The position numbers and the translations under genes were made by a program. DNA of 64,000 nucleotides from Candidatus Poribacteria bacterium (lineage in GTDB: Bacteria > Poribacteria > WGA-4E > PCPOR2b). Positions 21,367 to 32,500 of this stretch are shown here, piece by piece (positions within the stretch are counted from its first letter, which is position 1; each line of letters begins with the position of its first letter). The DNA is taken from positions 5,760,001 through 5,824,000 of the forward strand of contig OZ220744.1 of assembly GCA_965116925.1 (NCBI GenBank). The letters run 5' to 3'. Below the pieces are notes generated by a model. It made no database searches and was not told where the DNA came from. It worked only from the letters and a program-made list of their open reading frames with translations.

Positions 21367-24063
21367 ATGAAAACTATTAAATCTTATATTTCTCCTCCAC
21401 CTATTATGCGGCCGTTTGTCCTTGTGATGATAACCGTCATCGCAATGTTGACCCAGTATGCGTGTCTTTCGATAGGTACGCATAGACAAGCAGAAAAACT
21501 AGCCCATGCGGAGAATTATCAAGGCGCGATTGATGCTTATCAGGCGATCATCAACACCAAACCTGGGACACCAGAGGCGTATCGCGCACAACTAGGGATT
21601 GCTAGGCTATACATCGACAAGATGGATCAACCTCAGCTAGGTGTCAAGGCTTATCAAGATCTCATCGCTGCTGCGCCTGATAGCGGCGAAGCCGCCGAGG
21701 CACACTATCGCCTCGGAATCTACCACTTCAAAATAAAGGATTATGAATCGGCGCAACAGTCTTTTGACGCTATCGTTAACACATTTCCAAGCCTCGGAAA
21801 TCTGAGTCATAACGCCCAATTGATGTTGGCAAAAAGTTACGAGGAAGCTGGTGCCTATAAGAAAGCGATCGCGATCTATGATAATGTTGTAAATCGTCAT
21901 CCAGAGAGCGACCGCGCCGCCCAAGCCATAACCAATAAAGCAAAAATCCAAAAGGACCATTTGAAAGACAGGATCGCAGCGGAACAAACCTACAAATCTC
22001 TCATCACAGAATATAACAACATCGAAGGGGCGGAAGAAGCAATCGACGATGCCAGGCGGGCACTTCAATCGATGGGCGCGCGTATCCCGCAGCCGGAGAT
22101 CGAGTCGGGCACAGCGTACGATCGCGCACAAGAGCGGCGGATGAAACGTCGGGAACGTGACCGTCCCCGTGATGGGGCTGAGCTGAGTCCTGCGATGGGC
22201 TATGATGCATACGGGGACTCCGGTTTCGGTATAACTCCCGAAGAGGTCATAAGGGAATTCGGAAACCCTTGGGAAGGTGGGGGACACGGACGATCAGGAC
22301 AGAACGACGATGAAACACAAACGATGATTAAAGTGGTTGCAGACATTAATTTTCTTATCAAGAAATATCGAAATGCAGGGACACTCTACTTTCGCGCAAT
22401 CGAAGTAGCGAAAGAGAGCAATAAAAAAATCGACCCTTATGACTATATCCGTTTATCAGTCTGCTACCGCAAAGTGGGAATGCACCAACGGGCGGTTGAA
22501 ACACTGAAAGAAGGTGCGCGAAAAAATGTAACTGTGCTGGAAGCTGTTATCACCTCATCCGCAAACGATTACCACGATGGAGAATACGAAAGAGTCCTTG
22601 AGGCACTTCAGCCTGTCGCGGGATTGAACCGGACCCGAGATCCGGAAATCTACTGGCGACTCGGATTAACCTACAAAAAGATGGGAGATCTGCATAAAGC
22701 TGTTGAGTCCTTTGAGCGCAGCATTGCTAGTGACACCGATTACACCGATTCGATCCAAAGTCTCGCCGAAATACTTAATTACCAACTTAAAGAGAGAGAA
22801 CGGGCAATCATCTTTCAGGACATAATCGACACCAAAGGTCATACATGGATTGGTGAGAAAGAGCTAGGAGATATATGTTATAAATATGGTAACTACCTCC
22901 GAGCAAAATCGAAATATGAAACAGCGGTGCGTATTGCTCAACGCGAAAAAGAAAACGGTGACATCACACCATCTGGAAGGCGGAACCTCGATGACCAGAT
23001 CTTATACGCCAAGATACATGCGGCGATGGCAGACTATCAAAATGGTAGGAGCATCCAAGCACAAGAACGAATAGACGCTCTTGCTGCTGAACACCCCAAC
23101 CATCTGCTGATAGCGTACGGTCGCGGACAGATGGCGTTGCTTCAGGGAGATGTCGAAACTGCAATTGCCACTTTTGAAACGACTATAGAAAAAGATCCGG
23201 CTTCTGATGCCGCCCCCATCGCACTCGGTGAATACTATCTCTCACAGGAAAATCCTGATGCAGCAATAGGGGTGTGGGAAAGAGTGCTCAAAACCTATCC
23301 ACAAAACCGCGGAGTCCGTCGTCGTCTTAACACCCTGAAACAGCAACGTGAAGCACAAGCGGTTGAAACGGATGCCAATTCCGATCAATTGGGACAAACC
23401 GCTGCCCTGACGAAGAAAAAGCGACAGAGTTTCTTACCTGAAAAACGACGGACAATCTATCCGAGAAATCGTATCCCGAAATCACAACTGCCGTCCGCGC
23501 TCTTTGTCGGATTGAATGAAGACCAAGTCATCGAAAAGTATGGAGAACCCGTCGAAATCCTTGACCCGCCCTCGAACCTTCCTAACGCTATAAATCGATT
23601 TGCCTATGGTGCACTGGTGCCGGGTATGTCTAGCACCTTCAGTCTGGAGGGATCGGAGTTTATCTTCGACGAGAATGGTGTTCTAGGATACCACAAGATT
23701 TATTTCGGGGATGTCAACGCGCTAGTCGGAAGTGGCAGTGAATATCCCGCGCTGCTCAATGAAATCCCTGATGAGTTGAAATCAACACTTTGCGATGTCA
23801 TCAACGAACAGGTCTTTGAAGCAAAAAAATATAATCTCATCGTCCAAAAGGCGCAGGTTGTCTGGGAACTCAGTGATGAACGTTGGTGGGCGACTGTACA
23901 CGCCACTTTTCCAGCTAGAGATTTTACCTCTGATAAGTCGATCAACAACTACAAACCAAAACTCAAAGACTATCACATCATGGAACTGTTAGTGACCAAT
24001 CGAAATCTTTCACCGGATCTGTTCCTCACAAAACCCAAAGGGATAGCCTATGAAAACTATTAG
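21367..24063 (+). CDS. TPR-repeat putative lipoprotein, paralog 1, with unknown C-terminal domain
   Basis: Hydrophobic leader ending TQYAC; BamD/YfiO-like TPRs; similar to the next two ORFs. Confidence 0.85.
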   Translation: MKTIKSYISPPPIMRPFVLVMITVIAMLTQYACLSIGTHRQAEKLAHAENYQGAIDAYQAIINTKPGTPEAYRAQLGIARLYIDKMDQPQLGVKAYQDLIAAAPDSGEAAEAHYRLGIYHFKIKDYESAQQSFDAIVNTFPSLGNLSHNAQLMLAKSYEEAGAYKKAIAIYDNVVNRHPESDRAAQAITNKAKIQKDHLKDRIAAEQTYKSLITEYNNIEGAEEAIDDARRALQSMGARIPQPEIESGTAYDRAQERRMKRRERDRPRDGAELSPAMGYDAYGDSGFGITPEEVIREFGNPWEGGGHGRSGQNDDETQTMIKVVADINFLIKKYRNAGTLYFRAIEVAKESNKKIDPYDYIRLSVCYRKVGMHQRAVETLKEGARKNVTVLEAVITSSANDYHDGEYERVLEALQPVAGLNRTRDPEIYWRLGLTYKKMGDLHKAVESFERSIASDTDYTDSIQSLAEILNYQLKERERAIIFQDIIDTKGHTWIGEKELGDICYKYGNYLRAKSKYETAVRIAQREKENGDITPSGRRNLDDQILYAKIHAAMADYQNGRSIQAQERIDALAAEHPNHLLIAYGRGQMALLQGDVETAIATFETTIEKDPASDAAPIALGEYYLSQENPDAAIGVWERVLKTYPQNRGVRRRLNTLKQQREAQAVETDANSDQLGQTAALTKKKRQSFLPEKRRTIYPRNRIPKSQLPSALFVGLNEDQVIEKYGEPVEILDPPSNLPNAINRFAYGALVPGMSSTFSLEGSEFIFDENGVLGYHKIYFGDVNALVGSGSEYPALLNEIPDELKSTLCDVINEQVFEAKKYNLIVQKAQVVWELSDERWWATVHATFPARDFTSDKSINNYKPKLKDYHIMELLVTNRNLSPDLFLTKPKGIAYENY

Positions 24064-26683
24064 GTACGATATCGTCACCCTCATCATCGTGATAATGATG
24101 ACCCAATACGCTTGTGTTGCGTCAAATCCACAGAGACTGGCGGGAAAGCGTATACAAGAAAAGGACTATCGAGGGGCGATTGAAGCATATCAGACGGTAG
24201 TCGATTCCCAACCCGAAACACCAGAAGCCCGTCAAGCACAACTCAGCATTGCCAAATTGTACATCGAAAAGATGGATCAACCCCAACAGGGTGTCCGGAT
24301 TTATCAAGACCTCATCGCCGCGGCACCCGATAGCGAAGAAGCTGCCGAAGCTCACTGGGGCTTGGGACTTCATGCTTTCAAATCAGAAGAGTATCAATCG
24401 GCGCAACAGTTTTTTGATACTATCGTCAATAAATTCCCGGCATCGGAGCGCAGTTATAACGCCCAACTAATGTTGGCAAAAAGCTATGAGGCACTTAACG
24501 AATATCGCAAAGCGGTAGAAATCTACGGCAATGTGGCAAACCGTCATCCAGAGGGCAAACGAGCGACGCAAGCATTGGTCAATAAAGCCAAAATTCAGGG
24601 AGAACGCCTCCGTGATGAAACCGCCGCCAAGCAAACCTACCAATCTATCGTTAAGCGGTATGGCAACGTCGAAGGCACAGAAGAATCAGTTAGCACTGCA
24701 AAACAGGAACTCCGCATGATGGGAGCGATTATCCCCGAGCCGGATGATCAGTCTCTCACACAACTGGAGCGTGCATTGGAACGCCAGAGGCAGCGCCGTG
24801 AAAGAGATCGTCCACGGGGCGGGGCTGAACGTAGCCCTGCAATGGGGAAAGCACCTGACTACTCAAACTCCGGCTTCAACGTGGATCCTGAGGAGATTAT
24901 GAGACCCTTTAAGACAATCATCAATGAAATGGGCGGGGAAGGCAATGAAGGAGTAGTCTACCACGACACAGTGCTTAAAATCGCCCACCTGAATTGGGAC
25001 ACTGAAAACTATCGTAATGCTGGGGCGTTGTATTTTCATGCAATCGGACTCGCAGAACGTCAAGGGGTGCACCTCGATCCGTTTAGTTATCTCCGGCTCT
25101 CCCTCTGTTACCGTAAGCTAGGCATGCATCAGTACGCTAGCGAAATGGTAAGGGAGGCAGTCAAAAAAGATGGAGGGGTTCTTGACGCTATCATCAGCAG
25201 TGCTGCCAACCAATACCTTGACGAAGATTACGAAAAAGCTATTGAGACTTATAACTCTGTCGTGGGACTGAATCGATCCAAAGATCCGGAAATTTACTGG
25301 AGAATGGGGCTAGCATACAAGAAGATGAACGATCCGCACCAAGCGATTGAATCTTTTGAACGTGCTATTGCTGTGAAAACCGAATATACCAAAGCACTCC
25401 AAAGTCTCGCTGAAGTGCTCCACTATCAACTGAAAAATACCGACAGAGCCGCGATCTTTCAAGACCTCGTCGACCAGAAAGGTGAAACCTATGCCGGTGA
25501 AAAAGAGCTAGCCTATCTCTGCTACAAATACGGCAACTACGGTTGGGCAAAATCGAAATACGAATTCGCGGCACGGATTGCCGAAAGTGAAAAAACGGCG
25601 GACACCACCCCATTTCAAAGGCGAGGGATAGATAACCGGGTTGTTTACGCAAAGATACATGCAGCGATGGCGGCCTACAAGGGCGAAATGGCGGATAAGG
25701 CACAAGAGATTCTCGACACGCTCGCTTCCGAATATCCTAATCATCCACTGATACCTTATGGGCATGGACAACTCGCCGCCCTCAAAGGCGACATGGATAC
25801 TGCAATCACCGTCTTCAAAACGTCCATAGAACAAGATCCGAGTTTTTATGCAGCACCTATCGCCCTCGGCGAATATTATTTGTCGCAGGGATATATTGAT
25901 GATGCGATTGCGTTATGGAAAAAATCGCTCAGAGCTAATCCACTGAACCGTGTAGTGCGTCACCGGCTTCACGAGTTGACAAAGCGAGTTGGAGTCAGAT
26001 CCGCACAAAGCGAGAGCGAACCGCCAACAACTACTTCTCCACCCAGCAGATCCAAAGCGTCCGATGCACCAGGGGGTGCACGCCTCCCCGCCAAACGACG
26101 GACAATCTATCCGAAGAACCGCATCCCGAAATCGCAATTACCGCCTGCGTTTTTCGTCGGGTTGAGTGAAGATCGAATCACCGATACGCACGGACAACCA
26201 GTCCAGATCCTGTCCGCTGTGGCTAGTATCCCCAGTTCCACAAAGCGATTAGCTTATGGCGATCCTATAGACGATGCAGTACATGTCGCCACCCTTGAAG
26301 GCTCAGAGTTCATTCTCGGTGAAGAAGGCGTACTTGGATATCACAAAGTCTACCCTGGAGACATCAATGCGGTGGCAGGTAGCCCAGTCGAGTATCCTAC
26401 CTTGGTTAGTGAAATTCCCCAAATGTTGAATTCGACACGTTGCCACGTTATCAACGAGAAAATCATTGAGACGAACAAGTACTTCCTTATCGTCCAAAAA
26501 GCACAGATAGTTTGGGAACTTGATTCGGAACGCTGGATAGCGACCGTGTACACAACCTACCCAGCCGACGATCGTAAATCAGAACGGTCCATCAATAAGT
26601 ACAAACCGAAATTGAACGATTACCGCATTATGGAACTCTTGGTGACAACTCGGAACATCCCACTTAACATCAGCCTAAAGTAA
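24050..26683 (+). CDS. TPR-repeat putative lipoprotein, paralog 2, with the same C-terminal domain
   Basis: TQYAC leader, TPRs, shared RRTIYP.NRIPKSQLP domain; overlaps the stop of paralog 1. Confidence 0.85.
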   Translation: MKTIRYDIVTLIIVIMMTQYACVASNPQRLAGKRIQEKDYRGAIEAYQTVVDSQPETPEARQAQLSIAKLYIEKMDQPQQGVRIYQDLIAAAPDSEEAAEAHWGLGLHAFKSEEYQSAQQFFDTIVNKFPASERSYNAQLMLAKSYEALNEYRKAVEIYGNVANRHPEGKRATQALVNKAKIQGERLRDETAAKQTYQSIVKRYGNVEGTEESVSTAKQELRMMGAIIPEPDDQSLTQLERALERQRQRRERDRPRGGAERSPAMGKAPDYSNSGFNVDPEEIMRPFKTIINEMGGEGNEGVVYHDTVLKIAHLNWDTENYRNAGALYFHAIGLAERQGVHLDPFSYLRLSLCYRKLGMHQYASEMVREAVKKDGGVLDAIISSAANQYLDEDYEKAIETYNSVVGLNRSKDPEIYWRMGLAYKKMNDPHQAIESFERAIAVKTEYTKALQSLAEVLHYQLKNTDRAAIFQDLVDQKGETYAGEKELAYLCYKYGNYGWAKSKYEFAARIAESEKTADTTPFQRRGIDNRVVYAKIHAAMAAYKGEMADKAQEILDTLASEYPNHPLIPYGHGQLAALKGDMDTAITVFKTSIEQDPSFYAAPIALGEYYLSQGYIDDAIALWKKSLRANPLNRVVRHRLHELTKRVGVRSAQSESEPPTTTSPPSRSKASDAPGGARLPAKRRTIYPKNRIPKSQLPPAFFVGLSEDRITDTHGQPVQILSAVASIPSSTKRLAYGDPIDDAVHVATLEGSEFILGEEGVLGYHKVYPGDINAVAGSPVEYPTLVSEIPQMLNSTRCHVINEKIIETNKYFLIVQKAQIVWELDSERWIATVYTTYPADDRKSERSINKYKPKLNDYRIMELLVTTRNIPLNISLK

Positions 26684-26717
26684 GGTTAAATTACTAACGA
26701 CGCAAAGGAGGACAGAT

Positions 26718-28727
26718 ATGAAAGTTACTTTGAACTCAGATTCCAGCGGGACTCTTAGATTTAGTATCTTCTTTTTATTAGTAGCAGCGGTTGTGATAAC
26801 CCAATACGGCTGCGTTTCAAAGAGTATGGATGAACAGGCACACCAACTCATCCAAGAAAAGGACTATCAAGGCGCAGTTGATGCTTATCAATCGATCATC
26901 GATTCCAAACCCGGAACATCAGAAGCTCGCCAGGCACAATTGGGCATTGCCAAGCTATATATTGAAAAAATGGATCAACCCCAACAGGGTGTTAAAATTT
27001 ACCAAGATCTTCTCGCTGCCGCCCCCGATAGCGACGAGGCTGCCGAAGTTCATTGGCGTTTGGGGCTTCATGCCTTCAAGTCCAAAGACTACCCAGCGGC
27101 GCAACAATCTTTTGATACCATCGTCAACAACTTTCCGACATCGGAACGAAGTCATAACGCCCAACTGATGCTGGCAAAAAGCTATGAGGAAGCCAGCAAT
27201 TATGAGAAAGCGGCAGAAGTCTACGATCATGTGGCAAACCGGCACCCGGAGGGCAAACGAGCAACACAAGCGTTGGTTAATAAAGCTAGAATTGAGCAGG
27301 AATATCTCAAAAATCAAACCGCTGCCACGCAAACATACCAGTCTCTCGTTAAGCAATATGGTGCAATTGAAGGCACAGAAGAATCGGTTGAAGAAGCGAA
27401 AAAGGCACTCCAATTGATGGGGGCAAGTATCCCCAGACCAGATGAGCCAGACGCACAGGAACTTGCAACGGAATATAGCCGTAGATCCAATTATCGAGAG
27501 CGACGCCGTGCGGAACGTGATGCGGCAGGCTTTGAGCTTAGCCCGGCAACGGGGATCCCAAAAGACATTCCAGAATCCGGTTTCGGCGTGAATCCCGAAG
27601 AAATCATGGGACCCTATAAGGAGACAATTATGCAAGAAGGGACCGCGGATCAAGACTTTGCGCCCGAAGTATATCACGACACAGTGCTTAAAATTGCTTT
27701 CTTGAAGTTGCAGTTTCAAGAGTATCGAGACGCCGGTGCACTTTTCTTTTATGCAATCGAACTTGCCAAACGTGAGAAAGCACGGATTGATCCATATAGT
27801 TTTCTCCGCCTATCGGTTTGCTATCGGAAAGTAGGCTTGTACCAGCGTGCGGCGAACGTGTTAAAAGAGGCGGTGAGAAGAGATGTAAGTGTTCTTGAGG
27901 CTGTCATCGTAACAGGTGATAATCAGTATCTAGACGAAGAGTACGAAAGAGCCATCGAAACCTACAACTCTATTGTGGGAATGAATCGAAGTAAAGATCC
28001 AGAGATCTATTGGAGATTGGGACTTGTCTACCAGAAGATGGGCAATTACGACAAAGAAGCGGAATATTGCGAACGGGCAATCGCCGTCAAAACTGACTAC
28101 ACGGACGCACTTCAGAGCCTTGCGTATGTACTTTTCCGCCATCTCAATAATAAAAACCGTGCAAGAATTTTTGACGAACTCGCTAGGGAGCAGAGCAATA
28201 GTTACGAAGGTGAGATAGAGCTTGGTGCGATCTGCTACAAATACGGCAACTACACTTGGGCAAAGACAAAATATCAAGCTGCTGCACGTCTCGCAGAACG
28301 GCAGAAAAAAGATACAATGTCGCCGCCAGAACAACTCCTCCTCAACAACCGGATTGTCTTTGCGAAGATACATGCGGCAATGGCGTTCTACAAAAGCGGG
28401 ATGGAAGATAAGGGACGGGAAATAGTCGATGCACTTGCCGCCGCATATCCTGATCACCCGCTGATCTCTTACGGAAATGGGCAGCTGGCTCTGCTCAAAG
28501 GGGACACCGATACGGCTATTGCGGAGTTCAAAGCATCAATGGAGAAGGACCCGAAATCTCACGCAGCCCCCATTGCTCTCGGCGAATACTATCTCTCACA
28601 AGGATATATCGATGACGCAAAAGCATTGTGGAGTGGATTCCTTAAAGCCAACCCCCGCAATCGTGTGGTGCGTCAACGGTTAGCTACTTTGAACAGGCAG
28701 CTTGAAGCGGCAACAAACTCAGATTAG
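26718..28727 (+). CDS. TPR-repeat putative lipoprotein, paralog 3, lacking the C-terminal domain
   Basis: TQYGC leader, TPRs; SD AGGAGG. Confidence 0.85.
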   Translation: MKVTLNSDSSGTLRFSIFFLLVAAVVITQYGCVSKSMDEQAHQLIQEKDYQGAVDAYQSIIDSKPGTSEARQAQLGIAKLYIEKMDQPQQGVKIYQDLLAAAPDSDEAAEVHWRLGLHAFKSKDYPAAQQSFDTIVNNFPTSERSHNAQLMLAKSYEEASNYEKAAEVYDHVANRHPEGKRATQALVNKARIEQEYLKNQTAATQTYQSLVKQYGAIEGTEESVEEAKKALQLMGASIPRPDEPDAQELATEYSRRSNYRERRRAERDAAGFELSPATGIPKDIPESGFGVNPEEIMGPYKETIMQEGTADQDFAPEVYHDTVLKIAFLKLQFQEYRDAGALFFYAIELAKREKARIDPYSFLRLSVCYRKVGLYQRAANVLKEAVRRDVSVLEAVIVTGDNQYLDEEYERAIETYNSIVGMNRSKDPEIYWRLGLVYQKMGNYDKEAEYCERAIAVKTDYTDALQSLAYVLFRHLNNKNRARIFDELAREQSNSYEGEIELGAICYKYGNYTWAKTKYQAAARLAERQKKDTMSPPEQLLLNNRIVFAKIHAAMAFYKSGMEDKGREIVDALAAAYPDHPLISYGNGQLALLKGDTDTAIAEFKASMEKDPKSHAAPIALGEYYLSQGYIDDAKALWSGFLKANPRNRVVRQRLATLNRQLEAATNSD

Positions 28728-28760
28728 AAAATTGACCTTAGGAAAGGAACAGTAGACTGA

Positions 28761-29558
28761 ATGCATGAGCTCGCAGAGATTCTAAAGCCGGTTGAGGAAA
28801 TCGCCCGAGAAGCTGGTGACATTTTAATGGATTACTATGGAGAAATTCGTCAGATTGATTATAAGGGGATTGGCGATATTGTAACTGAGGCGGACAAAGC
28901 CTCCGAAAAACTTATCACAGAACGACTAGAATCCCGTTTCCCAGACTATGCCGTCCTCGGTGAGGAATTTGGCATGTCAACAGTACAATCGGATAACTGC
29001 TGGGTCACAGATCCACTGGACGGAACGGCAAATTACGCGGCGCGTTGTCCAATCTTTGCGGTTGCGATTGGGCTACTACACAACGGCACCCCAGTCCTCG
29101 GCATAGTGTTTGATCCCCACACCGATCGGATGTTCAGCGCAGTCAAGGACGGTGGAGCAACATTGAACGGGGTCCCTATTCACGTCAATGACCGTGAGAA
29201 ATTAGACCCCATCGGACTATTCGGATTTGGATCGCCTGTCCTCGAAATCCTTCACCCGTTTATACAGAAGTGTGGCAAAGCGCGCAGCCTCGGTTCCGCA
29301 GCACTCCACATCTGTTCGGTTGCCACAGGTTATTTCGATGGCAGTTTCGACCTCTACACAAAACTCTGGGACATCGCTGCGGCGGCTGTTATTCTACAAG
29401 AAGCCGGTGGCAGCATGACCCATCCATCGGGCGCACCGCTGTTTCCGTTATCATCGGATTCCTCCGCCTATCAAGGGCATAATGTCCCCTTTCTTGCAAC
29501 CAACGGAAGGATACATGAGGAATGTGTAAACACCCTCAAAGAAGATAAAGAAAAATAA
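28761..29558 (+). CDS. Inositol monophosphatase family protein
   Basis: GEE, WVTDPLDGTANY, WDIAAA. Confidence 0.93.
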   Translation: MHELAEILKPVEEIAREAGDILMDYYGEIRQIDYKGIGDIVTEADKASEKLITERLESRFPDYAVLGEEFGMSTVQSDNCWVTDPLDGTANYAARCPIFAVAIGLLHNGTPVLGIVFDPHTDRMFSAVKDGGATLNGVPIHVNDREKLDPIGLFGFGSPVLEILHPFIQKCGKARSLGSAALHICSVATGYFDGSFDLYTKLWDIAAAAVILQEAGGSMTHPSGAPLFPLSSDSSAYQGHNVPFLATNGRIHEECVNTLKEDKEK

Positions 29559-29591
29559 ACCTAACTTGCGGTAATAAGGAGATCCCCCTTC

Positions 29592-32500
29592 ATGTCCATC
29601 CCGAAGCTATCCGTGGGTAATCCCGTCCTAGCGAATCTATTCATGATCATCATCATCATATTCGGTGTCTACGCTTGGATTGTGCTTCCCAGAGACTTGA
29701 TTCCCGAAATATCTTTTCAGTCCGCAACAGTAACTACATTCTATCCCGGAGCCTCCTCGGAAGACGTTGAAAAACTGGTCACTGTACCGATTGAGGACGC
29801 GGTCATAGAGAGCGTAAACAAAACTGATATCATTGTATCAATCTCATCGGAGGGAAGATCATTAATCACCGTCCAGTTTGAGGAAATCAGCGACCGCGAC
29901 TTTGACAAGGAATTCCAGAACTTGCGGACCGCCGTTGATAGAGTCAACGATCTCCCAGCTGAGATTCTAGACGAGCCCCAAGTGCTAGAGATTGATACGT
30001 CAAGCGGTTTCCCAATGTTGACAATTGTTGTCGGCGGAGAAATTTCGGAAGATCAGATGAAGGAGATTGCAGAGGATCTGAAAGATGAGATTCTTGAAAT
30101 TAAAAACGTCTCCGCCGTCCGGCTAGCGGGGGTGCGGGAAAGGGAAATCTGGGTCGAAGCCAATCCGGATCAGTTAAAAGCATATAACCTCCCTATCGAA
30201 GCGGTCATCAATGCGCTGAGAACCCACAATCTGAATCTCCCCGCGGGTACATTAGAGATGGGCACATCGGAGTATCTGGTGCGCACAATGGGGGAGTTTA
30301 ACAACCTGCAGGAGATTGAAAACACGATTATACGTGCCCGACCAACCGGAACACCATTACGAGTGCGTGATGTTGCAACCGTCTCCGACACTTATGAGAA
30401 ACCGCGTACACTATCGAATATTAACGGCAAGCCCTCAATCAGCCTATCTGTCCAAAAGAAAACTGAGGGCAATACCATCAAACTGGTCAAGCAGATTCGG
30501 GAACTGGTCGAGCAACGTAAACAGAACCTGCCAGAAGGCACAGAACTCTCGGTGGTGAACGATTATTCTGTTATTTTACAGGAACGGTTAGGAATCCTAG
30601 AAAACAACGCCATCTTTGGACTGATCTTGGTCGTTGTCCTGCTTTATATCTTTATGGGATGGCGCAACGCTTTCTTTGCGGCATTAGGCATCCCCGTTGC
30701 ATTTATGGCAACCTTTTTCTTTCTGCACTGGTCAGGATATACCCTCAGCGGTGTTACGTTATTTGGTTTGATTCTCGTGGTCGGTATCGTTGTGGATGAT
30801 GCAATCGTTGTCATTGAAAACGTGTTCCGGCGTATTCAGGAGGGGATGCCCCCCAAAGAAGCGGCAATCGCCGGAGCCCAAGAGGTGGGGTGGCCCGTCC
30901 TTGCGGCAAGTCTCACCACAATTGCTGCGTTCGGTCCGCTCATGTTTATGTCCGGCACTTCGGGGCAGTTCTTGCGAATCGTTCCTATCACCGCTATCTT
31001 GGTAATACTCGCATCGTTGTTTGAAGTCTTCATGATTTTGCCGTCCCATATTGCTGAGTGGGGTAAGGCGCAGAGTCGAACACAGCGACGACATGTGTGG
31101 TTCGATCGAATCCGAAGACGTTATGTGCGTATACTGAAAGTGACGATTCGGCGACGCTATGTAGTCGTCTGTGGTGTTCTCGTCTTTGGGGTATTGGTCA
31201 CTATCGGTGCATTTTCCCAGTTAGAAAGGCAGCTGTTCCCCGGCGAAGATTTTCCGCAATTTTACATCAAAGCGGAAATGCCGCCTTCGTTTGGGCTAAA
31301 AGAGACCTCCGCCGCTTTAGCAAAGATTGAGGAAGTTGCCATGTCCCTGCCGTCCGATGAACTCGTCGCCGTTGTCACAAACATCGGCTTGATCACACCA
31401 ACCTCTCTGCTGGAAGGCTCAAGCGTCCGATCCAACGTCGGTGAAGTACTTGTTGAATTGGTCCCAAAGGATCAACGGAGACGAAGTACAGATGAGATTG
31501 TCGCAGATCTTCGGGGGAAGGTTGATGCAATCAGCGGCATTGAAAAACTCACATTTGATGCACAACAAGGGGGACCACCGCAGGGAACAGATGTGGAAGT
31601 AAAAGTGAAAGGGGAACGGTTCGAGCCGTTAGAAAAAATTGCCAACTCACTCAAAGAGAAATTGCATCAGATGGACGGCGTCTATGATATACGGGATGAT
31701 TTTGTGACAGGGAAATCGGAAATCCGCTTGCGCGTTAAGGAAGATAGGGCATACCAGTACGGCTTGAATATCTTTCAAATCGCTTACAATGTTCGGAACG
31801 CTCTTGAAGGAAATATAACAACAACTTATCGCGACGCCGATGAGTCGGTTGATGTTATTGTGAAATACGACTCAGATGATTTGCAATCAATCGCCAATCT
31901 TGAGGAGCTGCTGATTCCTGCGCCGAACGGAACGATGGTGCCACTCAGAGATGTGGCTGAAGCGCGCGAGGAGGGTGGATATTCGGAAATCCGTCGGTTT
32001 GAGAATGAGCGTGCAATTACTGTCTCTGCCGCTGTAGACAGTGATAAGACCAGTGCCTTCGCAGTTAACCAAGCATTGATTCAAACTTTTAAAGATATTG
32101 AATCGCTTTACCCCGGTTATCGTCTCGATTTCCGAGGTGTCTTCGACCAGATCAATGAATCATTTGGCCAACTAGGAAGACTGTTTGGCGTTGGAATTTT
32201 AATCATGTACGTCATATTAGGCGCGCAGTTCAAGTCGTTTATTCAGCCCGTCATTATCCTTTTTGCCGTGCCGTTTGGCTTCATGGGTTCAATGGTTGGA
32301 TTGTTAATCATTGGCGCACCATTGAGTATGGTTGCGCTGTTCGGCACTGTTGCATTGGCGGGAATCGTTGTTAACGACTCCATTGTGATGATAGATTTCA
32401 TAAACCAGTACCGTCTACGCGGTTATAACAAGTGGCGGGCAATTTTAACAGGTGGAAGCATTCGATTGCGCCCGATTATCTTAACCTCTGTTACCACAAT

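Noticed and set aside
21367..28727. Diversity-generating retroelement acting on the TPR paralogs
   Set aside because: No reverse transcriptase is present, and differences between paralogs are not visibly adenine-specific.
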